This document shows, in pieces, positions 54,766-64,000 of a DNA stretch of 64,000 bases (positions are counted from its first letter, which is position 1; every line of letters starts with the position of its first letter). The notes below the pieces were generated by a model. That model did no database searches. It saw only the letters and a list, made by a program, of their open reading frames with translations, and had not been told where the DNA came from. Source of the DNA: Acidobacteriota bacterium (GTDB taxonomy: Bacteria > Acidobacteriota > Terriglobia > Acidiferrales > UBA7541); assembly GCA_013289695.1 (NCBI GenBank), contig JABCZK010000020.1, positions 2,038 to 66,037 on the forward strand, given 5' to 3'. Made by a program: the position numbers and the translations under genes.

Positions 54766-55638
54766 CTAGACGGAAACTTTGAAGTGCTCGCCGTCTGGTT
54801 CGATGAGCGCGTTGTCAATCAGGCGCGTGTCTCCCACCTTCGCCGCGAGCAACACGTAGGACGTGCCGCGCAGATTGGTGATTGGCTCAAGCCTTTCATT
54901 ATCTACAATTTCGGCGTAGTCGAGTGCTACGCGCGGTTCCAGCGCCAGCACGCGGCGCAGAGCGGCCAGCAAGCGGTTGGCGTCGCGCTCGCCTTTGGCG
55001 ATTTCCTCGCGCACGGCTGCGAGCGAGCGCGAGAGCGCCGCGGCCGAGCGGCGGTCTTCCCCTTTGAGATAAACATTGCGCGAAGAAAGCGCCAGGCCAT
55101 CGGCTTCGCGCACGATCGGGCAGACCACCACGTTGGTATCGAGATTCAGGTCCGTGGACATTTGGCGGATGAGACGTGCCTGTTGCGCGTCTTTGCGGCC
55201 GAAATAGGCGAAGCGCGGTTGCACGATCTCGAAAAGTTTCAGCACCACGGTGGTGACGCCGCGAAAATGACCGGGGCGCGAACGGCCTTCGAGCCGGTCG
55301 CTCAATCCTTCCACGACGACGGCCGTGCGAAAACCAGACGGATACATTTCCTGCGGCGACGGCGCAAAAAGATAATCCACGCCCAGAGCTTCCAACGCGG
55401 CGCGGTCTGCTTCCAGCGTGCGGGGATATTTATTGAGGTCTTCCGCCGGGCCAAATTGCTTGGGATTGACGAAGAGGGACACGACCACCGGCGCGCCTTC
55501 GCGCTGCGCGGCGCGAATCAGCGAAAAATGCCCTTCATGCAGCGCGCCCATGGTGGGCACGAGGCCGAGAATGCGCTCCTCGGCGCGGGCTTCGTGCGCG
55601 ATTTGCTTCATCCATTCGATGGTGTGGACTGTTTGCAT
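54766..55638 (-). CDS. panC: pantoate--beta-alanine ligase
   Basis: LGLVPTMGALHEGHFSLIRAA...FVNPKQF...YPR....D. Confidence 0.95.
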   Translation of the reverse strand: MQTVHTIEWMKQIAHEARAEERILGLVPTMGALHEGHFSLIRAAQREGAPVVVSLFVNPKQFGPAEDLNKYPRTLEADRAALEALGVDYLFAPSPQEMYPSGFRTAVVVEGLSDRLEGRSRPGHFRGVTTVVLKLFEIVQPRFAYFGRKDAQQARLIRQMSTDLNLDTNVVVCPIVREADGLALSSRNVYLKGEDRRSAAALSRSLAAVREEIAKGERDANRLLAALRRVLALEPRVALDYAEIVDNERLEPITNLRGTSYVLLAAKVGDTRLIDNALIEPDGEHFKVSV

Positions 55639-55710
55639 GGGAGTGGGCGGAGGCGGGCGCTCAGGTGAAATGCAGATGAGATTTGCGCAAGCAGCGGCGG
55701 TGAGCGTGCC

Positions 55711-56226
55711 TCATGATTTGGCGCTCGCCTGCGCGGCGCGCTCGCGATAGAACGTAATCAGGTCGGTGCCAGTGGCTTTAGCGCCCAATTGCCGCAGCAG
55801 AGTGGTCACCTGGCCGCGATGGTAGGTGCCGTGATTCGCAAGATGCTGCAGCATTTGCCAGAGCGGCTGCGCTTGCGGTACGCCGGCCGTAGTCTTGTGA
55901 TGAACCACGCGCTGCGCATCCTCCGGCGTGAGCGAAGCGATGTAATCCGTCAAGTCGTTGTCAATTTCCGCCCAGCGGGCGCGCACGGATTCCGCGTTTG
56001 GAAATTCCGAACTAGGGGCGAAGGAATTCGGCGAGCGGCCGTGCCAACGTTCGAGCCACAGCCATTCCACCAGCATGACGTGTACCAGAGTGTCGCGCAC
56101 GGAACGAAAGCTGGAGCCCATATCGCGCGTGAACTGTACTTCCGTCAGCTGCGAGCAGGTAGCGAGCGTGCGATGGTTGGCCCAGGAGTTGTAATCGTAC
56201 AGCAGGCGAAAATCTTCCGCGTTCAT
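55711..56226 (-). CDS. DinB-family (four-helix-bundle, metal-dependent) protein
   Basis: ATG 56226 with aggagg RBS. YDYNSWANHRTL...HVMLVEWLWLERW...LANHGTYHRGQV. Confidence 0.8.
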   Translation of the reverse strand: MNAEDFRLLYDYNSWANHRTLATCSQLTEVQFTRDMGSSFRSVRDTLVHVMLVEWLWLERWHGRSPNSFAPSSEFPNAESVRARWAEIDNDLTDYIASLTPEDAQRVVHHKTTAGVPQAQPLWQMLQHLANHGTYHRGQVTTLLRQLGAKATGTDLITFYRERAAQASAKS

Positions 56227-56276
56227 GGGAAGCCTCCTGATGATTCGATTTGGCGCCGAGCGGCGCACGGCATGCG

Positions 56277-57170
<894 letters not shown>

Positions 57171-57374
57171 TTGATCCTCCGGTGCCGCTCCCAGAAATCG
57201 GGATGCAGCCCATCAAGAGCTTTGATGCTAGCAGAAGGCCGGCGGTTTCCGCAAAACTATTGTGCTGGAGGGCGCGAAACTGCCGTGTATGAATTGGTTA
57301 CGACGCTGCTGGCTATCGCGATTCGCGCGGTGTGCCCACGCGAGGTAGGATAACGATCAATTGAAACGGGCTCT

Positions 57375-57400
57375 GCGCCGCTTTCCGCGGAAAGCGGCGC
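57375..57400. other. 26-nt perfect palindrome between the His-rich gene and panB
   Basis: gcgccgctttccg|cggaaagcggcgc. No canonical downstream T-run on either strand. Confidence 0.9.
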
Positions 57401-57429
57401 AGCCGAAAAACCATCCGCACGCCGGCAAA

Positions 57430-57744
57430 TTAATGATCGTGGTCGTGGTCGTCCCAATCGTGGTCCGTGCGCCACCTATGCCCATCCTCATCCCACCACC
57501 TGTGGTCTGCTTTCCAGCAACGTTCGCGTTGCTCCGCGAGTTCATGGCGCCAGTGGTCGGCTTGCTTGCTGTTGGGGCCGTGATGCTCAATGGCCTCGTG
57601 CAGGTTATGGTCAATTTTCGCGATATTGCGCTGGCAATCGTCGTCGGCGCGGACTGGCGTGGAAGAAAATGCCAGAAAACCGGCCAGTGCTGCCATCGCC
57701 GTCGCTACCTTTATGGCACTGCGAATCTTCGAACGATTTTGCAT
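57430..57744 (-). CDS. small secreted His/Asp/Trp-rich protein
   Basis: 104 aa. Signal-like AIKVATAMAALAGFLAFSSTPVRA. Mature part has 2 Cys and ends DHRWWDEDGHRWRTDHDWDDHDHDH. Confidence 0.6.
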   Translation of the reverse strand: MQNRSKIRSAIKVATAMAALAGFLAFSSTPVRADDDCQRNIAKIDHNLHEAIEHHGPNSKQADHWRHELAEQRERCWKADHRWWDEDGHRWRTDHDWDDHDHDH

Positions 57745-57967
57745 GGGCGTTACGTCCTCCTGTCAAATTGAGTTGGTTCGTTCGGATTACGATGTCATTC
57801 GCGGGCACCGAGCACCTTGGTCAGTGCCGACACCTGCGCTCTGGGAAAACACTACACCGGAGATAAAATTCTTCCAATCAGGTATTCGCCTTAAAGTACT
57901 GTTTCTATAACTGTAGAGGAAAATGAAGCAGCGCCCGAACAGGGCGTAGAAATTTCCGCGTGCCGCT

Positions 57968-60900
57968 TCACGCCTCGCGTTTCACGCTGGACGCCGCAGG
58001 AAGGGGCACCGCAGGGTGCTGCTCGACGCCGCGCCATCCAACCGGGCGGCCCTGCACCGCTTCCTTCAGCGCGCGGAACAAAACCACGTACATCATTTGC
58101 CGGTAATAAAAACGCTGCAGGATGAGCGGCGCGAGCAGAGTCCAATCTTCGTGCCTTTCCAGCGCGAAGGCGACCACGCAGGTGAAGAGGTCAATGAGCA
58201 TAAAGAGCGCGAAGAAAATCAGGGAGCGCTCGACGTCCTGCAGCGTCCACAATTGCGGCAGTTGCGCGATGCGCAATTGCGCGAGGCCCCATAGCGCGAT
58301 CGAGAGCAGGAAGAGCAGATCAATCAGCGGAGAGACGAGCGGCAAAACAATCTGGAACATCACAATATTGGGGATGGCGATCCAACCCAGCGTGCCGTAG
58401 CGCGGCTTGCCCACCGCGTCGCGATGCTTCCAGACGGCCTGCATCGTGCCAAAGGTCCAGCGAAAGCGCTGGCGAATCAGCGCCTCGACGGTCTCGGGGA
58501 CTTCGGTGCGGCCGATGGCGTCTTCGTCGTAGAGAATCTTCCAGCCGTTGCGGCGAATGGTAAGCGTCAGGTCCGTATCTTCGGCAACCGTATCGCCGGA
58601 AAATCCATTGTTCGCGCGCAGCAAATCGGTGCGCCACGCGCCCACGGCGCCCGGCACCACCGGAATGCAATTCAGAAGATCGAAAGCGCGTTTTTCCAGG
58701 TTTTGGCTGGTGATGTATTCCAGAGCCTGCCAGCGCGTGAGCCAGCGATTGCGGTTCATCACTTTCACGTTGCCTGCGACGGCACCCACCTTGGGGTCAG
58801 CGAAATGGCGCACCAAGCGTGGAATCGCTTCGGGATCAACGATCGTATCGCCGTCAATGGAAACAATTACTTCGCCGGTGGCTTCCACGAGGCCATGATT
58901 CAGCGCGGCGGGCTTGCCGCGATTGGGCTGGCTGATGAGGCGTACGCGGGGTTCGCGCGAGAAATTTGCGTTGACCAGCTCGGCGGTGCGATCCGTGGAG
59001 CCATCGTTCACAACGAGAACCTCGAGCTTGGGATAATCGCAAGCGAGCGCCGCCTGCACCGTCTGGACGATGGCGGCCTCTTCGTTGTAAGCAGGAATCA
59101 GGACCGTCACGGTAGGTTTGTACTCGGGGTGATCGGCGGGCGCGGGACGCAATTTTTCGATGAGCGCCAGCAAACCAATAATCAGCGCGCGGCCGCTGAC
59201 CAGCAGAATCCCGGCCATGAAAATGAATGCAATTCCGGCGCGGAACCAGCGGAACACTTCAAAGATAAAGGCATCCGCGCGGACCATCAGCCATTCCTGG
59301 TGCGAGAGCGGCCGCATCACCTGCGCGCGCGATTGCCCCAGCAGATCGGAAACGGAAACGAATTCGTAGCCTTTGGCGCGCAGCCCGTCAATGATCTGCG
59401 GCAGCGCCGCGACGGTGTTGGAGCGATTCCCGCCGCCATCGTGCATCAAGATAATGTTGCCTCGGCCGAGCGTGGCGTCGTGCAGCACGCGCTGCACGAT
59501 TATGTCGCTCGTTGGAGGAGCGCCGCCATTCGGTTCGCCCCAATCGTGCGGGTCAATCTGCGCGCCGACGATGATGTAACCCATGGCCTGCGGAATCGGC
59601 AGCATCTGAATTTCGCTGGCGGTTTCGGGTTGGTGATCGATTCCGTAAGGAGGCCGGAAAAGCAGCGTCTTCACGCCCAGATTACTTTCAATCAATAGCT
59701 CCGTCAGATTTAGTTCAATCTGCAGCTGCGATTTCGAGATGGTCTCGAAGTCCGGATGCGTGAAAGTGTGATTGCCGATTTCATTTCCGAGCTGGTAGGC
59801 GCGCCTCACCAGCTGCGGATCCTGATTGGCAGACTCGCCGATGGCGAAAAACGCCGCCGGCGCATGCTTCTGCGCGAGAATATCGAGAATTTTCGGCGTC
59901 CACTCCACGTCGGGGCCATCGTCGAACGTCAGCGCCACTTTGTGCGGCGCCGCACCCATCTGCTCGATGCGCCAGGAAAGCGGATAACTCTGGTAGGACT
60001 CGTCATCGAAGACGTCGCTGGTGGAATCGTAATCAAACGTGCGGCGGCCACTCTGCGGCGTGGCGGTGATGCGCCAGATATCGCCCGCGCCTTCCAGAAT
60101 TAAATCGTAGCCCGGCGGAACTTCCTCGATTTTGGCGCGAATCGCGTCGGTGGAGTGGGTGGCGTCCCAGATGGACCAGATGGAAGGATCTTCCATACCC
60201 AGGCGCCAGAGGGCCGTGCCGCGCACACCGGCGCGCTCGGCGGCGCGCAGCTCGTTGTAGGCCGTGACGCTATCGAGCATCCAGACGTTGTGAATCTGGT
60301 TCTGCTCGTCTTCGTAGGAGTAGTGCGGATTCAGCGAGTCGGGATCGAAAGTGACGTCCGATTCCGATTCGACCGCGGTAATAATTCCCTGCTGGAAAGT
60401 CATCGCCTGCGCGATGGGGTGAGGAACTTTTTTGGTTTTCGCCGGCCAGTCGTAGCCGTAGTTCGCGATGCCCATGACAATCTTTTCGGGCGGAACAATC
60501 TTCACGATGTTTTCGATGTTGCGTTCGAACCAGTCCTGCGGCGCGATGGGTCCGGCGTCCGATGTCGGATAATGCAAGTCATAGTTCATCAGGATGACGG
60601 CGTCGGCCTGCGCCGCCAGATATTTGTAGTCGTAACTCCAGTCCGCGGCGGGAAGCGCGACCATGAGTTTGAGGTTTGTGGCGTGCATCGCCGTCGCGAG
60701 ATCATGAATGAAGCGCGCGAAATCCGGCTGGCTGCTTTGCGGCACCAGTTCGAAATCCACCACGATGCCGGACTGGTGCTGCGCGCTGGCGAAATCGGCC
60801 AACGATTTCGACAAGCGTTCGCGCGCCACGGGGTTCGCCAGCATCTCCGCGAGCTCTTTGGTGACCCACGTTTTCCCGTCGTAGTTGTTGACCATGGACA

Positions 60901-61360
60901 TCACCGGCAGCTCGATTGTGCTGGCCTGCATCCACGTCAGAAGCTTGGGGTCCTGTTCGATGTCCAGGCGCCCGTCCGCCGAAGAAGCGTGCAGCGCTTC
61001 GGGGATCAACAAATCAATATCGTGGTAATGCAGCTTCAGCGAAGCGAGGCTGGTGGGATCGTCAGCCACATAAAACGCCGCGCGCAGCGGATCGTAGTTC
61101 TGCGGCACCTTGCCCAACGCGGCCACTTTTCGTTTGCGGCCCCGCGGCGCCGTCTTGGATTTCAGTTTTGTGGGGACGGCGTGGATATTCCAGTGCGTGG
61201 CCGCCGAGAGGATGTCCGGCAGCTCGGGCTTGCGAAAAACATTGACCACGAAGACGACCAGGATGAGCGTGAAAAGTCCGCCCGTAATTTCCAGCACGCG
61301 GCGCGTGCGACGCCAGCGGCGGCGTTCCTGATCGTAGAAAATTGGCTTGCGTTCAGGCAT
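57968..61360 (-). CDS. membrane polysaccharide synthase fusion: GH18-like domain + CE4 (NodB) deacetylase + processive GT2 synthase
   Basis: 1130 aa. TM at aa 25-42. GH18-like aa 90-400 (SGIVVDFE, MNYDLHY, YGYDW). NodB motifs TFDDGP (478-483) and HTFTHP (531-536). GT2 aa 748-975 (VLIPAYNEE, NDGSTD, DGD, QRFRW). Multiple C-terminal TMs. Confidence 0.85.
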   Translation of the reverse strand: MPERKPIFYDQERRRWRRTRRVLEITGGLFTLILVVFVVNVFRKPELPDILSAATHWNIHAVPTKLKSKTAPRGRKRKVAALGKVPQNYDPLRAAFYVADDPTSLASLKLHYHDIDLLIPEALHASSADGRLDIEQDPKLLTWMQASTIELPVMSMVNNYDGKTWVTKELAEMLANPVARERLSKSLADFASAQHQSGIVVDFELVPQSSQPDFARFIHDLATAMHATNLKLMVALPAADWSYDYKYLAAQADAVILMNYDLHYPTSDAGPIAPQDWFERNIENIVKIVPPEKIVMGIANYGYDWPAKTKKVPHPIAQAMTFQQGIITAVESESDVTFDPDSLNPHYSYEDEQNQIHNVWMLDSVTAYNELRAAERAGVRGTALWRLGMEDPSIWSIWDATHSTDAIRAKIEEVPPGYDLILEGAGDIWRITATPQSGRRTFDYDSTSDVFDDESYQSYPLSWRIEQMGAAPHKVALTFDDGPDVEWTPKILDILAQKHAPAAFFAIGESANQDPQLVRRAYQLGNEIGNHTFTHPDFETISKSQLQIELNLTELLIESNLGVKTLLFRPPYGIDHQPETASEIQMLPIPQAMGYIIVGAQIDPHDWGEPNGGAPPTSDIIVQRVLHDATLGRGNIILMHDGGGNRSNTVAALPQIIDGLRAKGYEFVSVSDLLGQSRAQVMRPLSHQEWLMVRADAFIFEVFRWFRAGIAFIFMAGILLVSGRALIIGLLALIEKLRPAPADHPEYKPTVTVLIPAYNEEAAIVQTVQAALACDYPKLEVLVVNDGSTDRTAELVNANFSREPRVRLISQPNRGKPAALNHGLVEATGEVIVSIDGDTIVDPEAIPRLVRHFADPKVGAVAGNVKVMNRNRWLTRWQALEYITSQNLEKRAFDLLNCIPVVPGAVGAWRTDLLRANNGFSGDTVAEDTDLTLTIRRNGWKILYDEDAIGRTEVPETVEALIRQRFRWTFGTMQAVWKHRDAVGKPRYGTLGWIAIPNIVMFQIVLPLVSPLIDLLFLLSIALWGLAQLRIAQLPQLWTLQDVERSLIFFALFMLIDLFTCVVAFALERHEDWTLLAPLILQRFYYRQMMYVVLFRALKEAVQGRPVGWRGVEQHPAVPLPAASSVKREA

Positions 61361-61399
61361 TCAGACAATCCAAGCTAGCTGGCCCTTGAGACGGTGTCA

Positions 61400-62836
61400 A
61401 TGACCCCCATCAATAAGACGCGCGCAAACGTCGCCGCCGCGGTATGTGCTGGACTGGCACTGCGGGTGTACCTGGTACTGAAATTTCCGGTCACGGATAC
61501 GGGCGACGCTCCATTTTACATCGAGTTGGCGTGGAACTGGTTGCAGAACGGCGTGTACGGGTTTGCTGTGCACGGGCAGCTTACGGCTGTGGACATGCGC
61601 GTGCCGGGGTATCCGGCGTTTTTGGCGGCAGTGTTTGCCGTGGCCGGGCAATCGGCGCGTGCCGCGATGCTGACGCAAGTGGTGGTGGACCTGGCGACGT
61701 GCTTCGTGATCGCGTTGATTGCCGCGCGGCTGGCGCCAGCAAGCTCACGGCAGCGCGTGACGCTGGCGGGGTTGTGGCTGGCGGCGCTGTGCCCGTTTAC
61801 GGCGAACTATACGGCGGTGGTGCTCACTGAAACGCTCGTGATTTTTCTGACAGCACTGGCGATTCTGGTGCTGCTGCAGACGGATGCAGGCGGCGCGCAG
61901 GTGACGCGTGCTGGGTCGTTTCTCGCGAATCCGTGGCTGCTCGCTGGAATCGTGGTGGGATTTGGCACGCTGGTGCGGCCGGAAACTCCGTTGGTGCTGT
62001 TTGCGGCGGGATTGGTGCTGGTGGCGAAATGGTGGCGACCAGCGGACTGGAAGAAGCTGATTCGCGCGGGTCTGCTGATGGGTTTGGGATTGCTGATACC
62101 GCTGGTGCCGTGGGCTGCGCGCAACTGGCGCACGTTGCATGATGTGCAGTTCCTCGCGCCGCGGTACAGCGAGCTGCCGGGTGAATACACGCCGCTGGGC
62201 TTCACCGCGTGGACGAACACGTGGATGTGGCGTTATCGCGACGTTTACCTGACGCAATGGAAAGTGAACGAAGAAGAGATCGCGATTGACCGGCTTCCCG
62301 CGTACGCCTTCGATTCGCAGGACGAGAAAGAGCGCATGGCGGATTTGCTCGATGAATACAATGAAGCGCTGACGATTGATCCGCCCCTCGACCAGGAATT
62401 CCGCGAGATTGCGCGCGAACGGACTGAGCGGCATCCGCTGCGGACGTACGTGAAAGTGCCGCTGCTGCGGACTTTGACGCTGTGGTTCACGCCGCGCGTG
62501 GAGTTGCTGCCTTCGTCGGGGCATTTGTGGCCGCTGCGCGAGGAGTGGCAAGACGACCGGCCGGATTTTCTGCTTACGCTGGGGCTGAGCGTGGTGAACG
62601 TAATCTATGTTGCCCTCGCGCTCGCGGGAGCGTGGCTGGCGCGGCGAAGGCCAGGTTGGGCGCTGCTGATATTGTTCTGCGTGGTGCGCACGCTATTCTT
62701 CGCGAAGTTCGTGGAAACGCCTGAACCGCGCTACGTACTGGAATGTTTTCCCGCGGTGATCGCGCTTGCGGCGCAGATTTTTGCGTCGCGACCCGCTAAT
62801 CCAATCTCAGGTCTTGAGACTTCGCAGCCATCGTAG
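61400..62836 (+). CDS. GT-C fold membrane glycosyltransferase (GT39/ArnT-like)
   Basis: About 478 aa, at least 9 TM helices. N-terminal RVYLVLKFPVTDTGDAPFYIELAWNW region typical of PMT_2/ArnT-like enzymes. GTG 61394 is an alternative start. Confidence 0.7.
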   Translation: MTPINKTRANVAAAVCAGLALRVYLVLKFPVTDTGDAPFYIELAWNWLQNGVYGFAVHGQLTAVDMRVPGYPAFLAAVFAVAGQSARAAMLTQVVVDLATCFVIALIAARLAPASSRQRVTLAGLWLAALCPFTANYTAVVLTETLVIFLTALAILVLLQTDAGGAQVTRAGSFLANPWLLAGIVVGFGTLVRPETPLVLFAAGLVLVAKWWRPADWKKLIRAGLLMGLGLLIPLVPWAARNWRTLHDVQFLAPRYSELPGEYTPLGFTAWTNTWMWRYRDVYLTQWKVNEEEIAIDRLPAYAFDSQDEKERMADLLDEYNEALTIDPPLDQEFREIARERTERHPLRTYVKVPLLRTLTLWFTPRVELLPSSGHLWPLREEWQDDRPDFLLTLGLSVVNVIYVALALAGAWLARRRPGWALLILFCVVRTLFFAKFVETPEPRYVLECFPAVIALAAQIFASRPANPISGLETSQPS

Positions 62837-62868
62837 GACCATTGGTCTCTACGCAAGAAGGTCCCGGG

Positions 62869-63237
62869 ATGAGCACACTCGTCATAATTTTGTCGGTGCT
62901 TGCGGCGATGCCTACGCGTGGCCCAAGTGGTCGCATGTGCAAGAACAATCCTGAACTTGTCGGACCGTGCGTCAAGATTCATGGAAGAGCCCGCATTGTG
63001 AACGGCGGACCACAAATGCGCATTTGGCGCATCGGAACGAACCGAATTCTAGGAGTCCTTCCGTCGGAAGACGAAATCGTCCCGGTCAACCTTCGGGATG
63101 CAATGGAAACTGGTATGTAAGTGGACGTATACGGCGACTTTGAGGCCTGTCCATTCACCGAAAGCAAACCGAACGAGATGCAGATGGTCTGCACGGAATC
63201 GGCGACTCACTTGGTGGAAAAGAAAAACCCTGATTAG
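62869..63237 (+). pseudogene. small secreted-protein gene interrupted by an in-frame TAA (63118-63120)
   Basis: MSTLVIILSVLAAMPT...GRARIVNGGPQMRIWRIGTNRILGVLPSEDEIVPVNLRDAMETGM-TAA-VDVYGDFEACPFTESKPNEMQMVCTESATHLVEKKNPD-TAG. The segment after the stop has protein-like composition in the same frame. Confidence 0.35.
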
Positions 63238-63253
63238 TTGCTGGAGCGCGCTT

Positions 63254-64000
63254 CTAACTTTCTTCCACTGGCTCGGGATGAATCGTGAGGCGGAAAATTT
63301 GCGGGAAGCGTTCCTTCACGCGGTCTTCCAGCGCGGCGGTGATGTCGTGGACTTCGGTGATAGGGAGACTGCCATCCATCGCGCAGTGACAGGAAACTAA
63401 AATTTTGTGATCCACGCTGCGGACGTGCACTTCGTGGCAGTCGGTGAGCTCGTGGTATTCGGACTGCAGTGAATTCAGAAACTCCTGCACGGTGCGCGAA
63501 AGTTCCTTCATCTCTTCGCCGCCGCCGATTTTCACTCCCAGCGGCTCGATGTGAATGTTCACTAGCGCGCGCGGATCGGTTTCTTTGAGGATGTCCTCCT
63601 CAAGTTCGGAGGCGCGGCGGTGCGCCTCGCGCAGGCTGGCGCCTTCGTCCACCTCCAGATGCAGCTCGATGAACAGGCGGTGATCGAACTGGTGCGCGGA
63701 AAGCTCGTGGACGGCGAGGCCGCGCCTTTGCGCAATGGCGCGAATGGTTTCGAATAGATTTTCGTCGGTCTTGGCGCGGGGTTCGACGTGCACCACCACG
63801 TCCGCGGGAACAATCTGCGCGATGCGCTTTTCCACGGCGCTGCTGGCGGCGTGCGCTTGTTCCAGGCTCGCGGTGCGCGGCACGCTGATGGTCACGTCCA
63901 CGAAATAGCGCTGCCCGGCGCGGCGCACGCGCACGCGCTCGGACTGCAGCACGCCTTCGGTCTTGTCCACGGCGGTTTCGATGCGTTCGCGCAGCCCGCG
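63254..64000 (-). CDS. C-terminal part of a cation-diffusion-facilitator-type protein with three tandem cytoplasmic (ZT_dimer-like) domains; 5' end outside the window
   Basis: Three modules end HVEP, HIEP and HPEP, each with the pattern (hydrophobic strand)...EAH/QAH/EVH...helix...strand. The reading frame is open to nt 64000. Confidence 0.65.
   Translation of the reverse strand, partial: RGLRERIETAVDKTEGVLQSERVRVRRAGQRYFVDVTISVPRTASLEQAHAASSAVEKRIAQIVPADVVVHVEPRAKTDENLFETIRAIAQRRGLAVHELSAHQFDHRLFIELHLEVDEGASLREAHRRASELEEDILKETDPRALVNIHIEPLGVKIGGGEEMKELSRTVQEFLNSLQSEYHELTDCHEVHVRSVDHKILVSCHCAMDGSLPITEVHDITAALEDRVKERFPQIFRLTIHPEPVEES

Noticed and set aside
58424-61378. 424-aa and 407-aa plus-strand ORFs
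   Set aside because: Antisense to the GH18/CE4/GT2 synthase gene. Arg/Gly/His-rich with no motifs.

Overview
High-GC chromosomal segment of about 64 kb. It looks Acidobacteriota-like by inference: two ADOP-type MacB-like permeases (one paired with a PadR gene), a TonB-dependent receptor with a carboxypeptidase-regulatory-like N-terminus, and many large secreted Ig-like or beta-propeller proteins. I call about 50 protein genes. Housekeeping genes: ruvC, yebC, moaA, selB, tatA, maf, gatB, panB, panC. There is a cobalamin uptake locus (btuFCD-like plus a TonB receptor) with two cobalamin riboswitches. c-di-GMP genes are present (GGDEF, HD-GYP, PilZ-like). Envelope and exopolysaccharide genes include an 1130-aa GH18-like/CE4/GT2 fusion and a GT39-like enzyme. 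Peptidases of families S53 and S9 are present. I recognised no rRNA, tRNA, CRISPR array, transposase or integrase. Main hidden signal: the second of two tandem bcp peroxiredoxin genes (54271-54735) has an in-frame TGA exactly where its neighbour has the peroxidatic Cys codon. A SECIS-like hairpin follows the TGA, and selB lies 11 kb upstream, so this is a likely selenoprotein that ORF calling splits. Other signals: a REP-like hairpin family ending in CTAC, including one copy translated inside the btuF tail; a 135-bp direct repeat that duplicates the 3' end of a small gene beside a SUKH immunity-like gene; a gene-decay cluster at 27.4-29.7 kb; a long structured moaA leader; a CDF-type gene ending with three tandem cytoplasmic domains; and several degenerate signalling domains. 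All family assignments come from motif recognition by eye. No database search was run.
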